Source: Acinetobacter phage vB_AbaM_ME3. From it: 64,000 bases of DNA. The position numbers were made by a program, and so were the translations under genes. Positions 28,140 through 38,115 of the stretch are shown here, in pieces. Below the pieces are notes generated by a model that saw only the letters and a list, made by a program, of their open reading frames with translations, made no database searches and was not told the origin of the DNA. Each line of letters opens with the position of its first letter. Positions within the stretch are counted from its first letter, which is position 1. The stretch lies in sequence record KU935715.1. The stretch is one strand, 5' to 3'.

Positions 28140-28737
28140 ACATTTTAAGTTCTTTTTTATTTAACTGACGATCATAGTGTTGGACTACAGGATAATATTC
28201 GTAATTATAACAACGAAGTTCTGGATTCCAAATTCTTTTAGATGCAGTAAACCAATAAAACATATATGGTGAAGGTTTATAAAAATACCCATCTTTTAAA
28301 ATTAATTTAACACCTTTTACATTTATTTCAAAGCGACCTTTCTCTTTCAATTTAGAAGGAGACCAACGACAAGAAGGATAACGAGATCGTACTAAGATTC
28401 CATTTTCAATTTTAAAATCAAATGGTCGATAACTAATAACACCTTTTTCAAGATCTTTTAAGTAATGTAATGACCAATTCTTGAAAAATTTATTATGTTT
28501 AAACTTAGAATTATTAATAACCTTATATCTAACTTCAGAGAAAGGTTTATTCTCATATTTAGCTAAAAGTCTTTCAAAGTAGTTTCTAACTTGATCAAAA
28601 TTATTGTGTTCAATACGAGCTACTTTGAAATCAATATAATCCCAATAGTTTTGTTTCTTGTGTTGTAATGTAAAACTTTCTTTTGTATAGATAGGTAGTT
28701 TAGATAGCTTTTCAGCTTTTTGATAGCAATTATTCAT
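28084..28737 (-). CDS. hypothetical protein (217 aa)
   Basis: ORF-track ORF. Confidence 0.5.
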   Translation of the reverse strand: MNNCYQKAEKLSKLPIYTKESFTLQHKKQNYWDYIDFKVARIEHNNFDQVRNYFERLLAKYENKPFSEVRYKVINNSKFKHNKFFKNWSLHYLKDLEKGVISYRPFDFKIENGILVRSRYPSCRWSPSKLKEKGRFEINVKGVKLILKDGYFYKPSPYMFYWFTASKRIWNPELRCYNYEYYPVVQHYDRQLNKKELKMYGVSNINGVTYGIQGEDY

Positions 28738-28801
28738 TTACACCTCCGTTAGTAATTGCACTAATGAGGGTGTAAACTCCTATGATTAAATAAAATCATA
28801 A

Positions 28802-29395
28802 TTAACGACGAGAGGAACGACTACTACTTCGAGTACTATATGACTTAGTTTTTGATAAGGTTGTATAAGACTTTTTAGTAGTAATATTAATAGGTTTCCT
28901 ACTAACTGTTTGAGGAGCTTTTTTAAGACTCACAGTCGAGGGAATAGAGCTAATAGTGGAAGGTTTATTAGCGGGCAAAGAAGTTTTAGATGGACTATCA
29001 GTAGAAGTAGTCTTTACTGGTTGACTATTGTAATTGTTAACTACAACAGTCTTTTTAACCACAGTTTGTTTAGGTTGTCTAACATAATTCTTACGATCAT
29101 AATCATTAGAATTATTAGCAATCATATGACCAGCTACAGCACCTGCAATACCAGAAAGTAAAACATCACTACCAGTATAACCACTCTGAGAAGCTACAGC
29201 TTGAGCTTGCTGAGGGTTTTGTTGGTATTGGGTAGTAAGAGCAACCCATTCATCTAACGTGCCTGTATATCCATCTGATTGAGCTTGCTTGTACGTAGTA
29301 ACAATTTTACTACTTTCATAACTCTCTGGAGCTTTTGTACAACCAACAAAAGACATAGATATAGCAATTACAGAACAAAGAAAAAACTTTTTCAT
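28802..29395 (-). CDS. lipoprotein with glycine-zipper motif and Ser/Thr/Arg-rich C-terminus
   Basis: Signal peptide plus lipobox (SFVGC). GIAGAVAGHMIAN glycine zipper. Confidence 0.6.
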   Translation of the reverse strand: MKKFFLCSVIAISMSFVGCTKAPESYESSKIVTTYKQAQSDGYTGTLDEWVALTTQYQQNPQQAQAVASQSGYTGSDVLLSGIAGAVAGHMIANNSNDYDRKNYVRQPKQTVVKKTVVVNNYNSQPVKTTSTDSPSKTSLPANKPSTISSIPSTVSLKKAPQTVSRKPINITTKKSYTTLSKTKSYSTRSSSRSSRR

Positions 29396-29438
29396 TTCAA
29401 TTTCCTTAAAAAATAAAATTTAATACAACAGTAAGTAT

Positions 29439-29750
29439 TCATTTAATAACAACTATATCTATTTCAGTTGTAATTTGAATTGTTAAAGGGGTAAAAGAAT
29501 TAATAATAGAATCTATTCCAATATTAGAATATTCTTTAAAATCTAATTTGTGATTTAAAGGAAAACGAGTAGCATGATTAATACTATCTGTATAAGTAAT
29601 GTAGTGATGTAGCTGATTAAAAGCTTCTCGAAATTCAATTACTTTTAAATAACGACCTTTTAAATCTTTATATATTTGGTGTTGAACTACTTCTTTAGTT
29701 TTTAAACCATTAGGAAGTTCACCACTACCATACCCATCCCACATTTCCAT
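29439..29750 (-). CDS. hypothetical protein (103 aa)
   Basis: ORF-track ORF. Confidence 0.5.
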   Translation of the reverse strand: MEMWDGYGSGELPNGLKTKEVVQHQIYKDLKGRYLKVIEFREAFNQLHHYITYTDSINHATRFPLNHKLDFKEYSNIGIDSIINSFTPLTIQITTEIDIVVIK

Positions 29751-29762
29751 GCTATACCTCGT

Positions 29763-30254
29763 TTAACGAACATAAAAGAAAGCTATAAGAAGACAAATAC
29801 AAATAACTAATATAACTGCTAGAATATTTGTATAGTCTTTAGGCTTATCTTTTTCCATTTTAAGTTTAGCTTTAGCCTGACACTTATTCCAAATTTCTTG
29901 ATCTCTCACATGACAATCATATACATAATCAAAGAAATTACGGTTGTTTGTAAAAGCTTGAGAAAGATTTCTAAAAAGGTTTTCTTCTGTGTATCCCGTT
30001 TGAACTGTTGTAGTTAAAGCTTGATTAACAGATACTACAAGAGAATCAGGAATTTTATGGTCATTATAATATGAAGCAAATCCATATTTATAACGTAACC
30101 ACCAATATCCCATATGTCTAACTTGTAAAGCATTTAATTGTTTAAAAACTTTTGTATGACATGCAACTATAGTTTTAGCTGAAGGATTTGTTTTGCAGTA
30201 ATGTAAATACTGTTCATGCCAGCTATCTCTTAATTCTTCTTCAGTTAGCATCAT
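29763..30254 (-). CDS. C-terminally membrane-anchored protein (163 aa)
   Basis: C-terminal TM helix LAVILVICICLLIAFFYV. Confidence 0.5.
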   Translation of the reverse strand: MMLTEEELRDSWHEQYLHYCKTNPSAKTIVACHTKVFKQLNALQVRHMGYWWLRYKYGFASYYNDHKIPDSLVVSVNQALTTTVQTGYTEENLFRNLSQAFTNNRNFFDYVYDCHVRDQEIWNKCQAKAKLKMEKDKPKDYTNILAVILVICICLLIAFFYVR

Positions 30255-30453
30255 CTTCTAATATCTCAATAAAAGGGTGTTGATTTCCAGAGGAATCAAT
30301 AAGCGTAACACCTACATGATTCCCATCATCCCCTTTAAAACCAACATATACAGCTGTAAAGCTAATAACTTTATTAACTACAGTGTAAGGCTTATTGATA
30401 GAAACTTTTCCACCAAATGTAAGATAAGGTTGTTCAGTAAATTGAATAATCAT
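30241..30453 (-). CDS. hypothetical protein (70 aa)
   Basis: ORF-track ORF. Confidence 0.4.
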   Translation of the reverse strand: MIIQFTEQPYLTFGGKVSINKPYTVVNKVISFTAVYVGFKGDDGNHVGVTLIDSSGNQHPFIEILEDDAN

Positions 30454-30851
30454 GTATAAATTCCAACTCGTAATTTCTCTGAAAGTTTTAAATCATAGTC
30501 ATTGAAAGCACCAGCTCCATAAAGAACATGAGTTCTTTCTTCTAAACTTTGAAGAATTTTATAACGAAGAGTAGAAGCGTATTCAATATCTTGATGAATT
30601 CCAGGTCGAACAAAGTTACACCAATTAATGTACATTGTAAAAAACTCTGAATTATCAATTGGCTCTTTTATTCTTAAGAACTGTTCTACTTCTTCAACTT
30701 TAAATATTTGCTCAGTCTTAGAGTAAGTATTAAAGAATGTATAAGAAACAATTTCACCTTTTTCATTCTTTGTTATCTTACGACATACAAATCGAATCCA
30801 ATGCTTAGCTTCTACTTGAATTATGTATTCACGTTCTTTTCTGAAATTCAT
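30450..30851 (-). CDS. hypothetical protein (133 aa)
   Basis: ORF-track ORF. Confidence 0.5.
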   Translation of the reverse strand: MNFRKEREYIIQVEAKHWIRFVCRKITKNEKGEIVSYTFFNTYSKTEQIFKVEEVEQFLRIKEPIDNSEFFTMYINWCNFVRPGIHQDIEYASTLRYKILQSLEERTHVLYGAGAFNDYDLKLSEKLRVGIYT

Positions 30852-30854
30852 AAC

Positions 30855-31112
30855 TTAACCTTTATAGTTTTTTAAAACTACTAAACATTTATCCCAATTC
30901 TCTTGAGCACCATTCCAAAAGCCAACTGATGTATCAAATATTTTACTTAACTTCTTACAATCTTTGTCAGTTAATTTTCTTCCACTTGTAACTAATGTTA
31001 CAAGATAATTGATGTGCTTTTTACGAATATTGCCAACTTGTAATTGCATACAAAGCATTTTTAAAATTGCTTCATAAGGATTATCAGGTTTAAGTGGAGT
31101 AATAAGACTCAC
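30855..31112 (-). CDS. hypothetical protein (85 aa)
   Basis: ORF-track ORF. Confidence 0.45.
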   Translation of the reverse strand: MSLITPLKPDNPYEAILKMLCMQLQVGNIRKKHINYLVTLVTSGRKLTDKDCKKLSKIFDTSVGFWNGAQENWDKCLVVLKNYKG

Positions 31113-31525
31113 GAGATTTCCTTAAAACTTAAGTCGTTATTAAATAAAACAACTCGGATAGCGACAATATGAGGAACTGCACCCATTGAATTTGAATTGC
31201 AAAGGTCTGTATCAACATCCCACAATCCTGTTAATCCTTTCGTATCAAGGATCTCTTGATAACGATTAATTAAACTACGATCAATTAGATTACATTCTTC
31301 ATCAATAGTAGGATGATACTCAATTGTAATTTCTTCTAAAATCTTAGAGTACACATCTGAAGGTTGCCAAGTTCCATCTATATAGACATGCTGTTGTTCA
31401 TTTTCCTTGGCAATGAAGATTGTTCCATACTTATCAGCACATAAACAATGAGTTGCATATTTCCAAGGCTTTTTATTCATGTCATCAGTGATAAGCATAA
31501 TGCACCTATTGAGATTTAGGAACAT
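31109..31525 (-). CDS. hypothetical protein (138 aa)
   Basis: ORF-track ORF. Confidence 0.5.
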   Translation of the reverse strand: MFLNLNRCIMLITDDMNKKPWKYATHCLCADKYGTIFIAKENEQQHVYIDGTWQPSDVYSKILEEITIEYHPTIDEECNLIDRSLINRYQEILDTKGLTGLWDVDTDLCNSNSMGAVPHIVAIRVVLFNNDLSFKEIS

Positions 31526-31937
31526 CCGTTAAGTCGACTTTTACATCAACATCAGGAATAATTGATTGAGGTTTAAAGATAACGCGATAATGGTATGCAC
31601 TTACATTAGCACTATTCAATTGTTCACTAAAGTAAGTAACATTATCAGATAAGCCTAATGAATGTTTTTTATATTCATTAGGCCCAGTCTTACACATTAC
31701 ATCAACTTTACGTCCATTTTCATTAGGAGTAAAAGAACACTTACCTTCAATACTGAGAATGTAATCACTCGTAATCCCATTATAGAACACAATACGACGA
31801 TCAATTTCAAAGTTATCAGCAGCTGTAGCTATATTTTGTGATACTGTTTGAGCATCATTTTGTCCACAAGCTGTTAACGCTAAAGCGGACATAGCAATGC
31901 CAAGTCCAAGAGTTAATTTTTTCATTATACCATCCAA
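31506..31937 (-). CDS. lipoprotein (143 aa)
   Basis: Signal peptide with lipobox LTAC (MKKLTLGLGIAMSALALTACGQ). Confidence 0.6.
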   Translation of the reverse strand: MDGIMKKLTLGLGIAMSALALTACGQNDAQTVSQNIATAADNFEIDRRIVFYNGITSDYILSIEGKCSFTPNENGRKVDVMCKTGPNEYKKHSLGLSDNVTYFSEQLNSANVSAYHYRVIFKPQSIIPDVDVKVDLTDVPKSQ

Positions 31938-32101
31938 GGTTTAAACCAATGTAAAGAAATTAAATACATAATAAAAAGTATTAACCAAATGCTTAAAGTA
32001 TTTCTTAATATTTTAACTGGTTTAATTAAAATAGAACTTAATACAACTACTAATATATAAACTAGTAAACCAATTGAAGACCATACAACTAAGTTGTCCA
32101 T
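31935..32101 (-). CDS. small hydrophobic membrane peptide (~55 aa), translationally coupled (TAATG) to the lipoprotein gene
   Basis: Minus-strand ORF MDNLVVWSSIGLLVYILVVVLSSILIKPV... Not in the ORF track (<60 aa). Confidence 0.35.
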
Positions 32102-32946
32102 ACATTACTCTCTATATAAGACTGAAGTTGTTGAGAAATGTTGTCAAATTCATCATCATTTGTATAAAAGAATGGATTAGTATGATGACCAACTTGATAC
32201 CAACCTTCAGCTTCTTTTACTTTACGAATAACACCTAAAGAGCGACCTTCCTTGTCTTCCATTTCCCAACCAAAACGTTCTTCATATAATGCAATACCAC
32301 AAGGAGAAACGTAAACTAATGGTTTTCGAACAATTTTACAAACGGAATAGACATAGATTAAATCAATATCAGGTTCATTATAAAGATAGTCAGCTTGGGA
32401 TTTTTGATTTCCAATATAACTTCCCCACTTTTCCCAACGCCAGCCACCACTTGGAGGTTGATGTTCTTTAAAAATAGGAGTTAAGAAAATACAATATTCA
32501 TCATCTTGTTGTTCAAGCCATTTATACATTCGATAAACTTGATCTTCATTATCACAAACACCATAACCTTTAAAATAATATTGATCTGTATAGGTCTTTT
32601 GAAGCTTTTGTAATTCAGCTCTAGAAAGATCTTTAACAGCATCCCAATGTTTTAAATGAAATTCAGTCTGACGGAAACCTAGCGCTTTACGAAACTTACG
32701 ATTTCGTTGATCAATTGGTTTACTTAATTTAATACGAGTTAAATGAGTTTCAATTTCGTATGAAGGGGGAGTACAAATATGTGGGTTTAAACTACCACAG
32801 ATCATGATACCTTTATATTTTGTTGCATAGAATCTTTCTCCATTTTGATAATCAATATACTTATGCATTGATTCTTCTGGAAAAGCTTCTTTAGCTTTTA
32901 GAGCATATACAGGATGATAGTGTTCAGAAGTAACATTACTTAACAT
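32089..32946 (-). CDS. hypothetical protein (285 aa)
   Basis: ORF-track ORF with a TAG stop. Confidence 0.55.
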   Translation of the reverse strand: MLSNVTSEHYHPVYALKAKEAFPEESMHKYIDYQNGERFYATKYKGIMICGSLNPHICTPPSYEIETHLTRIKLSKPIDQRNRKFRKALGFRQTEFHLKHWDAVKDLSRAELQKLQKTYTDQYYFKGYGVCDNEDQVYRMYKWLEQQDDEYCIFLTPIFKEHQPPSGGWRWEKWGSYIGNQKSQADYLYNEPDIDLIYVYSVCKIVRKPLVYVSPCGIALYEERFGWEMEDKEGRSLGVIRKVKEAEGWYQVGHHTNPFFYTNDDEFDNISQQLQSYIESNVWTT

Positions 32947-33319
32947 TTTCAGATATCCAAGTTTGAATAGCAGATGGAGAAGTTAAATTTACAACAACAT
33001 TTAACTCATATTTATTATTAGAAATTTCATAAATAACTAAACGAGAAGCTTCTGATAAAATTGAATCAGGTAACAATGATGTAAAATTATCATGAACAGA
33101 AGCCATAAGAGTAAAACCAGGTCGAGATGGAGCTGTGTCTTTCCAACTATTACTATACAAATGTAGATCAACTGTACTTAATCTATTCCTTCTATTAAAT
33201 CCACTCCCAAATCTCCAAGTTTCAAAAAGACTACTATAAAAGGCTACAACGTATCTTTTATCTCCTTTCACAACTTCTGAAAACTTCATTAAAGGTTTAA
33301 GAATATTCATCGTAGACAA
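32936..33319 (-). CDS. paralog family B member (ASVHDNFTSLL motif)
   Basis: Shares the (A/G/T)S(V/I)H.(N/D)L..LL motif with ORFs at 34028, 37016, 37362, 37711 and 38094. Confidence 0.5.
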   Translation of the reverse strand: MSTMNILKPLMKFSEVVKGDKRYVVAFYSSLFETWRFGSGFNRRNRLSTVDLHLYSNSWKDTAPSRPGFTLMASVHDNFTSLLPDSILSEASRLVIYEISNNKYELNVVVNLTSPSAIQTWISENVK

Positions 33320-33669
33320 ATTCCTAGAGTCTTTTCTAGAGATTCTATTGTTGGTTGATGAATATCATATATAAGTTTTAATTCATCTTTAGAAATGAAA
33401 GTCTTTTCTGTATCAAAAAATGAATATACTTTAAAAGATGTAATAGCGGATGCAGGAACTTGCATAATATTTAAAATTGCAGCACCTTTTAACTTATCTA
33501 AGCTATCAATTGGATAAGCATGTCCAGAGACATTTTCAATCCTGATAATCCTAGAAGGTAACTCTGAAATTCCACTATTTAAATATACTTCATGTAGAAT
33601 TCCAGCGTTCGAAACCATTACAGAACAGATATACTGTTGAGGGTTAGAAAATCTGCTTAATCGTCGCAT
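33307..33669 (-). CDS. paralog family C member (C-terminal ESLEKTLGI motif; MRRLSRFSNPQQY leader)
   Basis: Leader plus a C-terminal motif shared with ORFs at 33657 and 38467. Confidence 0.5.
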   Translation of the reverse strand: MRRLSRFSNPQQYICSVMVSNAGILHEVYLNSGISELPSRIIRIENVSGHAYPIDSLDKLKGAAILNIMQVPASAITSFKVYSFFDTEKTFISKDELKLIYDIHQPTIESLEKTLGICLR

Positions 33670-34049
33670 TCAATCTCCAAGGCTTCAAATAAAGATTTAA
33701 TAGTTGGATTAGTAAGCCTATGAAGAAGTGACAATTCATTTTTTGCATACACTTTATTCTCATAAGGAGGTAAAGCATATATTTTAATTAGATAAACACT
33801 TCTTCTTGGGTCTGAAAGTATTTGTAAAAGATTAGATTGTTTTAATACATTAGGATCTGTAATAACAAAAGCTAATTGAAGATAAACAGGCATATCACTT
33901 GTTACTGAATGATTAATTGTAACTCGACGTACAGGATTTTCAGTTAAAGAGTGATATAAAAATACTTCATTAGAATCAACTAAAGATTGAATAGAGATAA
34001 CATATTCCACATGAGATTTAAATTTCTTTAAATATTTTGTCTGATCCAT
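33657..34049 (-). CDS. paralog family C member (MDQTKYLKKFKS...; C-terminal KSLFEALEI)
   Basis: Leader and C-terminal motif. Confidence 0.5.
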   Translation of the reverse strand: MDQTKYLKKFKSHVEYVISIQSLVDSNEVFLYHSLTENPVRRVTINHSVTSDMPVYLQLAFVITDPNVLKQSNLLQILSDPRRSVYLIKIYALPPYENKVYAKNELSLLHRLTNPTIKSLFEALEIECDD

Positions 34050-34396
34050 TCTTCTATCTCTTCTTGGGATTTCAGATTTGCAATAAGAGAAGGGTATTCA
34101 TAATACTCTTCAAAACCATAGATTTGAATTGATGTTGATCTTTCAATAAGAGACTTACTAAGTAAAGCTATAAAATTTGTATGAACTGAAGTTGTTAAAT
34201 TTGCAGAGCAAATGTTCTCATGAAACTCAGGAAACATTCTACGAACATTAATACAAGCAATTCGATTCTTGGAATTAATTGCGGATGCATAAATCCAGTC
34301 CGAATCCAAACTATCTTCATAGAGTTTGGATTTAAAAAGAGCAAAAAACTTAGAAGGAAATCTTACAGAAGGCTTAAATATAGATAATATTCTCAT
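34028..34396 (-). CDS. paralog family B member (MRILSIFKPSV...; TSVHTNFIALL)
   Basis: Leader plus SVH motif. Confidence 0.5.
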   Translation of the reverse strand: MRILSIFKPSVRFPSKFFALFKSKLYEDSLDSDWIYASAINSKNRIACINVRRMFPEFHENICSANLTTSVHTNFIALLSKSLIERSTSIQIYGFEEYYEYPSLIANLKSQEEIEEWIRQNI

Positions 34397-34528
34397 ATAT
34401 AGCCTAGGTGTTTTAAAAACATATATGTAATAACAAAACCTAAACCAACAGCAGATAGATTAGTCTTAGGTTTTTCTACAAATAAACTAATTAAAATAAA
34501 AAGAGAACCTAAAACTAAAAAGGGCATA

Positions 34529-35608
34529 CTATTTCCTTAATTCGTTAGGAACAATTCTTTTAAATCGCCAATGGTTACTTCCATCAGCAATATGATTTGC
34601 TCTAACTAATTTACAAAGTTTATTTCGAAATTCAGAATAATGAAAAGATTTAGTTGTACGAACTACTATACCTTCATGTCCTGCTTTAACAACTTGTTTA
34701 AATAAATCATTAATTACAACTTCATCGTATGGTCCTCGATATATTTCTTGAACCATTGTCATACCTAACAATTCAAACCATTCTTTTGTATCATCCCAAG
34801 ATAGACATATGTCCTTATCCCACACTTGGAATCCGTACAAATATGAATCTAAATCTTGATAATGAATTGCATGTTTAGCATATAAATTCTCTGCATAGTA
34901 ACGCATACCTTCAGGAATATTATAAGCAATATGTTGATAATGGAAGTTCTTTGCCCAAGCACGAGATTCATGATCTAAAGAATCGATAGAACGAGCATGA
35001 CAATAATCGGGGTATCCCGCAAAGTTCTCTCCATCCATTTTAATAGTTATTACAATTTCATCAGATACTAAATGATGTGATATATTGTAATTAGTTTTAT
35101 CATCTTCAGTTTTATGAGCACTTAAAGGATGATGATACGAACGAGGATACTTGTAATAATGAGTAAATTCATCTAGTACTCCGCCATCAGATAAAACTTT
35201 CTGAACTGATTCATCATAGAATAATGGACCAGGCATTCTCTTACCATTAAGAAGAATGATGTTACCCCATTTATCATATTGATGATCAGGGTACATATAT
35301 TCAGGAAGAACAACTTTTTGAGCTCCTACCTTCTCTCTTACTTCATCACAACTAATAACTGTTTGTTCGCACTTTAAATGACAAGAATCACAGACGGTAC
35401 CAGCGTTTTCGATATGATAGCCAAAACAATCCGAAAATAAACGTCTTTCGACAATGTGATGCACAGATAATTTCTCTGTACTACCACAGAAGATACACTT
35501 GTGGTTGTCTCTTATTAAACCTTGTTCTCTAAATTCATCTCTAGATAAAGGTTTCCCATCTGTTCCATGACAACCACAAATTGTTGAGTGAGGTTTACTA
35601 GATTTCAT
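34529..35608 (-). CDS. HNH-type zinc-finger fused to an ATP-dependent RNA/DNA ligase-like nucleotidyltransferase domain
   Basis: N-terminal CxxC...HH...CxxC (CIFCGSTEKLSVHHIVERRLF...CDSCH) HNH-like motif. Central TIKMDGENF resembles the ligase adenylation motif I (KxDGxN/R). Confidence 0.45.
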   Translation of the reverse strand: MKSSKPHSTICGCHGTDGKPLSRDEFREQGLIRDNHKCIFCGSTEKLSVHHIVERRLFSDCFGYHIENAGTVCDSCHLKCEQTVISCDEVREKVGAQKVVLPEYMYPDHQYDKWGNIILLNGKRMPGPLFYDESVQKVLSDGGVLDEFTHYYKYPRSYHHPLSAHKTEDDKTNYNISHHLVSDEIVITIKMDGENFAGYPDYCHARSIDSLDHESRAWAKNFHYQHIAYNIPEGMRYYAENLYAKHAIHYQDLDSYLYGFQVWDKDICLSWDDTKEWFELLGMTMVQEIYRGPYDEVVINDLFKQVVKAGHEGIVVRTTKSFHYSEFRNKLCKLVRANHIADGSNHWRFKRIVPNELRK

Positions 35609-35991
35609 ATTGGATTACCTTTTATTACTTTAATAATATCCCATCTAGAGACACCTTGATCAAATATAGTAACTTTAAAAGAAGAGAAGTTAACAGAGTT
35701 ATTATCATCGACTTCATATTCACATATTGCAATCTGATTGACACTACTAAAGTATGGTGAAAAATCATCAACAATTGTTTCTAATGAGGATGTTAATGTT
35801 ATTGAACCAGTATGATTAAAATTATGTTTTTCTATTTGAACCCTATTAGTTCTGAAATATTTTAAGCCTTGACATGACTTTAATGCCATACCATGCCAAT
35901 TTTCAAAGTAATCAGGAACAAATGAATTTAAACGATAGAAAAGTCCATAGTACTTTTGAGTACATAATTTATATTTTTCTAAGTATTTCAT
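35605..35991 (-). CDS. hypothetical protein (128 aa)
   Basis: ORF-track ORF with ATGA overlap to the ligase-like gene. Confidence 0.5.
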   Translation of the reverse strand: MKYLEKYKLCTQKYYGLFYRLNSFVPDYFENWHGMALKSCQGLKYFRTNRVQIEKHNFNHTGSITLTSSLETIVDDFSPYFSSVNQIAICEYEVDDNNSVNFSSFKVTIFDQGVSRWDIIKVIKGNPI

Positions 35992-36006
35992 TTTGTTCCT
36001 GTCTAA

Positions 36007-36225
36007 TTAAATTTCTGTAGAATCTAATTGAAGAACAATAGTTTTAATGATAGATTCTTCGTCTACCATACGAAAAACAAGATGCTTAGTTACAACTAAT
36101 TCTTCAATTTGTTTTTCAGTTAAATTATAAAAATAATTTAGTTTAGAAGTTAATTCTTCCCGACCATTTGCAATTAGAGGTAGGTTATCTCCAACTTGGA
36201 CAGATACTAAATATAAAGTAGCCAT
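36007..36225 (-). CDS. hypothetical protein (72 aa)
   Basis: ORF-track ORF. Confidence 0.45.
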   Translation of the reverse strand: MATLYLVSVQVGDNLPLIANGREELTSKLNYFYNLTEKQIEELVVTKHLVFRMVDEESIIKTIVLQLDSTEI

Positions 36226-36234
36226 AATTATTCC

Positions 36235-36648
36235 TTAAATAATTAATTTAAAATGCTCTGGATTACTATCCAAATTTAAAGTTTCACTACGACCATAACA
36301 AGCTAGCCCATTAGTGAATCCAGCACTTAACTTTTTACGAAAATTTTCATCTACATACTGGACGGCATCAAACATAAAATCATGGTTAATACTTTTACTA
36401 AATAGTACTATTTCCTGAACACCATTTTCATTTTCCATACAAATATATTTCAATTCATCACGGAACATTGGTTTGTAGTCTTCAATAACTTCAAGAATTT
36501 TACGTTCTGGTCTAATCCAAATCCCACGAGTTCCATGTTTAATATATTGAAGATTCTCTCTAAAAGCTTGAAGACCAATAGATGAAGAAACAATAAAAAC
36601 TTCTTCTTGTTCAGTGTGGAGATTTAAAGTTTTAATCTTGATCATCAA
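36235..36648 (-). CDS. hypothetical protein (137 aa)
   Basis: ORF-track ORF. Confidence 0.5.
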   Translation of the reverse strand: MMIKIKTLNLHTEQEEVFIVSSSIGLQAFRENLQYIKHGTRGIWIRPERKILEVIEDYKPMFRDELKYICMENENGVQEIVLFSKSINHDFMFDAVQYVDENFRKKLSAGFTNGLACYGRSETLNLDSNPEHFKLII

Positions 36649-36970
36649 AAGTTATCTCTTGTTCAATAGATAATAATTTAGCTTTAATTGCTTTCGTTGC
36701 CTCTTCTAAGAAGAAACCACGTTCATCGTCTTCAAAGTAACCATCACCTTTTGTATTAGCAGAATATATAGTTTCTCCACCACAATCAGGATAATCAACA
36801 CGAAAGTGACCATGACGAAGTCTTAAATAACCAACTTGAATACCATTGGAAAAGACTTCATATTGTTCAGGACAAGCTGTACATGTTTGTACAAATGTAA
36901 ACTCAGTCATATTATTTCTTCTTAAAAAAGAAACGAGTAATGAGTCCACCAATAATAGTTTTGACAACAA
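36632..36970 (-). CDS. hypothetical protein (112 aa; N-terminal hydrophobic segment, Cys-rich)
   Basis: ORF-track ORF. Confidence 0.5.
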   Translation of the reverse strand: MLSKLLLVDSLLVSFLRRNNMTEFTFVQTCTACPEQYEVFSNGIQVGYLRLRHGHFRVDYPDCGGETIYSANTKGDGYFEDDERGFFLEEATKAIKAKLLSIEQEITFDDQD

Positions 36971-37015
36971 ATAAAGTGACTGTTTTAAATATAGACCACA
37001 TATAAATTCCTAAAA

Positions 37016-37357
37016 TTATTGAAGAGATTGATAATATTCATTTACCTCTTGTCTGGTTTTTAAATGAATAATAGGTGTTAAAGTTTTATCTGAATGGTAG
37101 TAACAGATAACAGCTTGTTGAGCAAAGCGTTGAACTCCTTTAGACATTAAATCTTTTAAATTTTCATGAATAGAAGCTGAATGATTTATAGGAGAATATT
37201 TTTTAGCTACATCACATTTTTGTGAAATAATACTAGATCCTACCCTATTCGCTGCATTGTATCCTAAAGCATATTGCCAACGAGATTCTGTTAATTCTGT
37301 AAAAAGTACAACATATCTAGGAATAAATTGCGTTTTAAAATTAGATAATTTTTCCAT
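37016..37357 (-). CDS. paralog family B member (MEKLSNFKTQF...; ASIHENLKDLM)
   Basis: Leader plus SIH motif. Confidence 0.5.
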   Translation of the reverse strand: MEKLSNFKTQFIPRYVVLFTELTESRWQYALGYNAANRVGSSIISQKCDVAKKYSPINHSASIHENLKDLMSKGVQRFAQQAVICYYHSDKTLTPIIHLKTRQEVNEYYQSLQ

Positions 37358-37361
37358 ATTA

Positions 37362-37727
37362 TTAAGAACCTAGAGATTGTTTAAACTCTCGAATTTGCTC
37401 TTTAGTTTCAAGTTTTTTATATTCGTGAAGATTATAAATATCATCAACTTTAGTTACAGAACAAATAATGATTTCTTGAGAAACTAACATTATATTCGAA
37501 CTTAATAAGTTATTAAGATTCTTATGTAAAGAACCTCGATTATTAATAACTTTATAAGTTTGCATTACTTGATCTTCAGGATCAATATAACATCGTCCTG
37601 TAGAATGTGATGCATTAAACCCTAAGCCTACTTGCCAACGAGGATATCTTTCTTCTCTAAAGAGTACAACATATTCTCCAGTATCAATTTGATTTAAACT
37701 TTTTGTAAAACTATTTAACTTTTTCAT
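37362..37727 (-). CDS. paralog family B member (MKKLNSFTKSL...; GSLHKNLNNLL)
   Basis: Leader plus SLH motif. Confidence 0.5.
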   Translation of the reverse strand: MKKLNSFTKSLNQIDTGEYVVLFREERYPRWQVGLGFNASHSTGRCYIDPEDQVMQTYKVINNRGSLHKNLNNLLSSNIMLVSQEIIICSVTKVDDIYNLHEYKKLETKEQIREFKQSLGS

Positions 37728-38115
37728 AATAGTCTATCCAAGGCTGAAGATGTTCTAAGTCATGTTGTCGAATAAATGCAACGATATTATGAGAAGTTAA
37801 ACTAGTTAGTGATCTAATTTCTGATAAATCAGGAGATAATTCAATAATAGTTTTTGACCAAGATATAGGAAGACTAGTAGGTAAAAGAGTTTTCAAATCT
37901 TTATGAACAGAAACTGTATTATTTATCAAGTCATGCATAATTCTATAATCATTTAACACTTCACTTTCTGTATAAACTTTAACGTGTCTACTTCGTTCAG
38001 TTGCGTTTAATCCACTAGCAAACATATCACTAATGACTAATGCAAATACAGAATCAAATTGAAATCGATTTTGTACATAACTTTTAAATTTAATTAGCTG
38101 TTGTTGACTCGCCAC
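37711..38115 (-). CDS. paralog family B member (QQLIKFKSYV...; VSVHKDLKTLL)
   Basis: Leader plus SVH motif. Confidence 0.5.
   Translation of the reverse strand: MASQQQLIKFKSYVQNRFQFDSVFALVISDMFASGLNATERSRHVKVYTESEVLNDYRIMHDLINNTVSVHKDLKTLLPTSLPISWSKTIIELSPDLSEIRSLTSLTSHNIVAFIRQHDLEHLQPWIDYYEKVK

Noticed and set aside
28910-29161. Plus-strand ORF (83 aa)
   Set aside because: Antisense inside the lipoprotein gene.
30277-30459. Plus-strand ORF (60 aa)
   Set aside because: Antisense to ORFs 30241-30453 and 30450-30851.
32289-32471. Plus-strand ORF (60 aa)
   Set aside because: Antisense inside gene 32089-32946.
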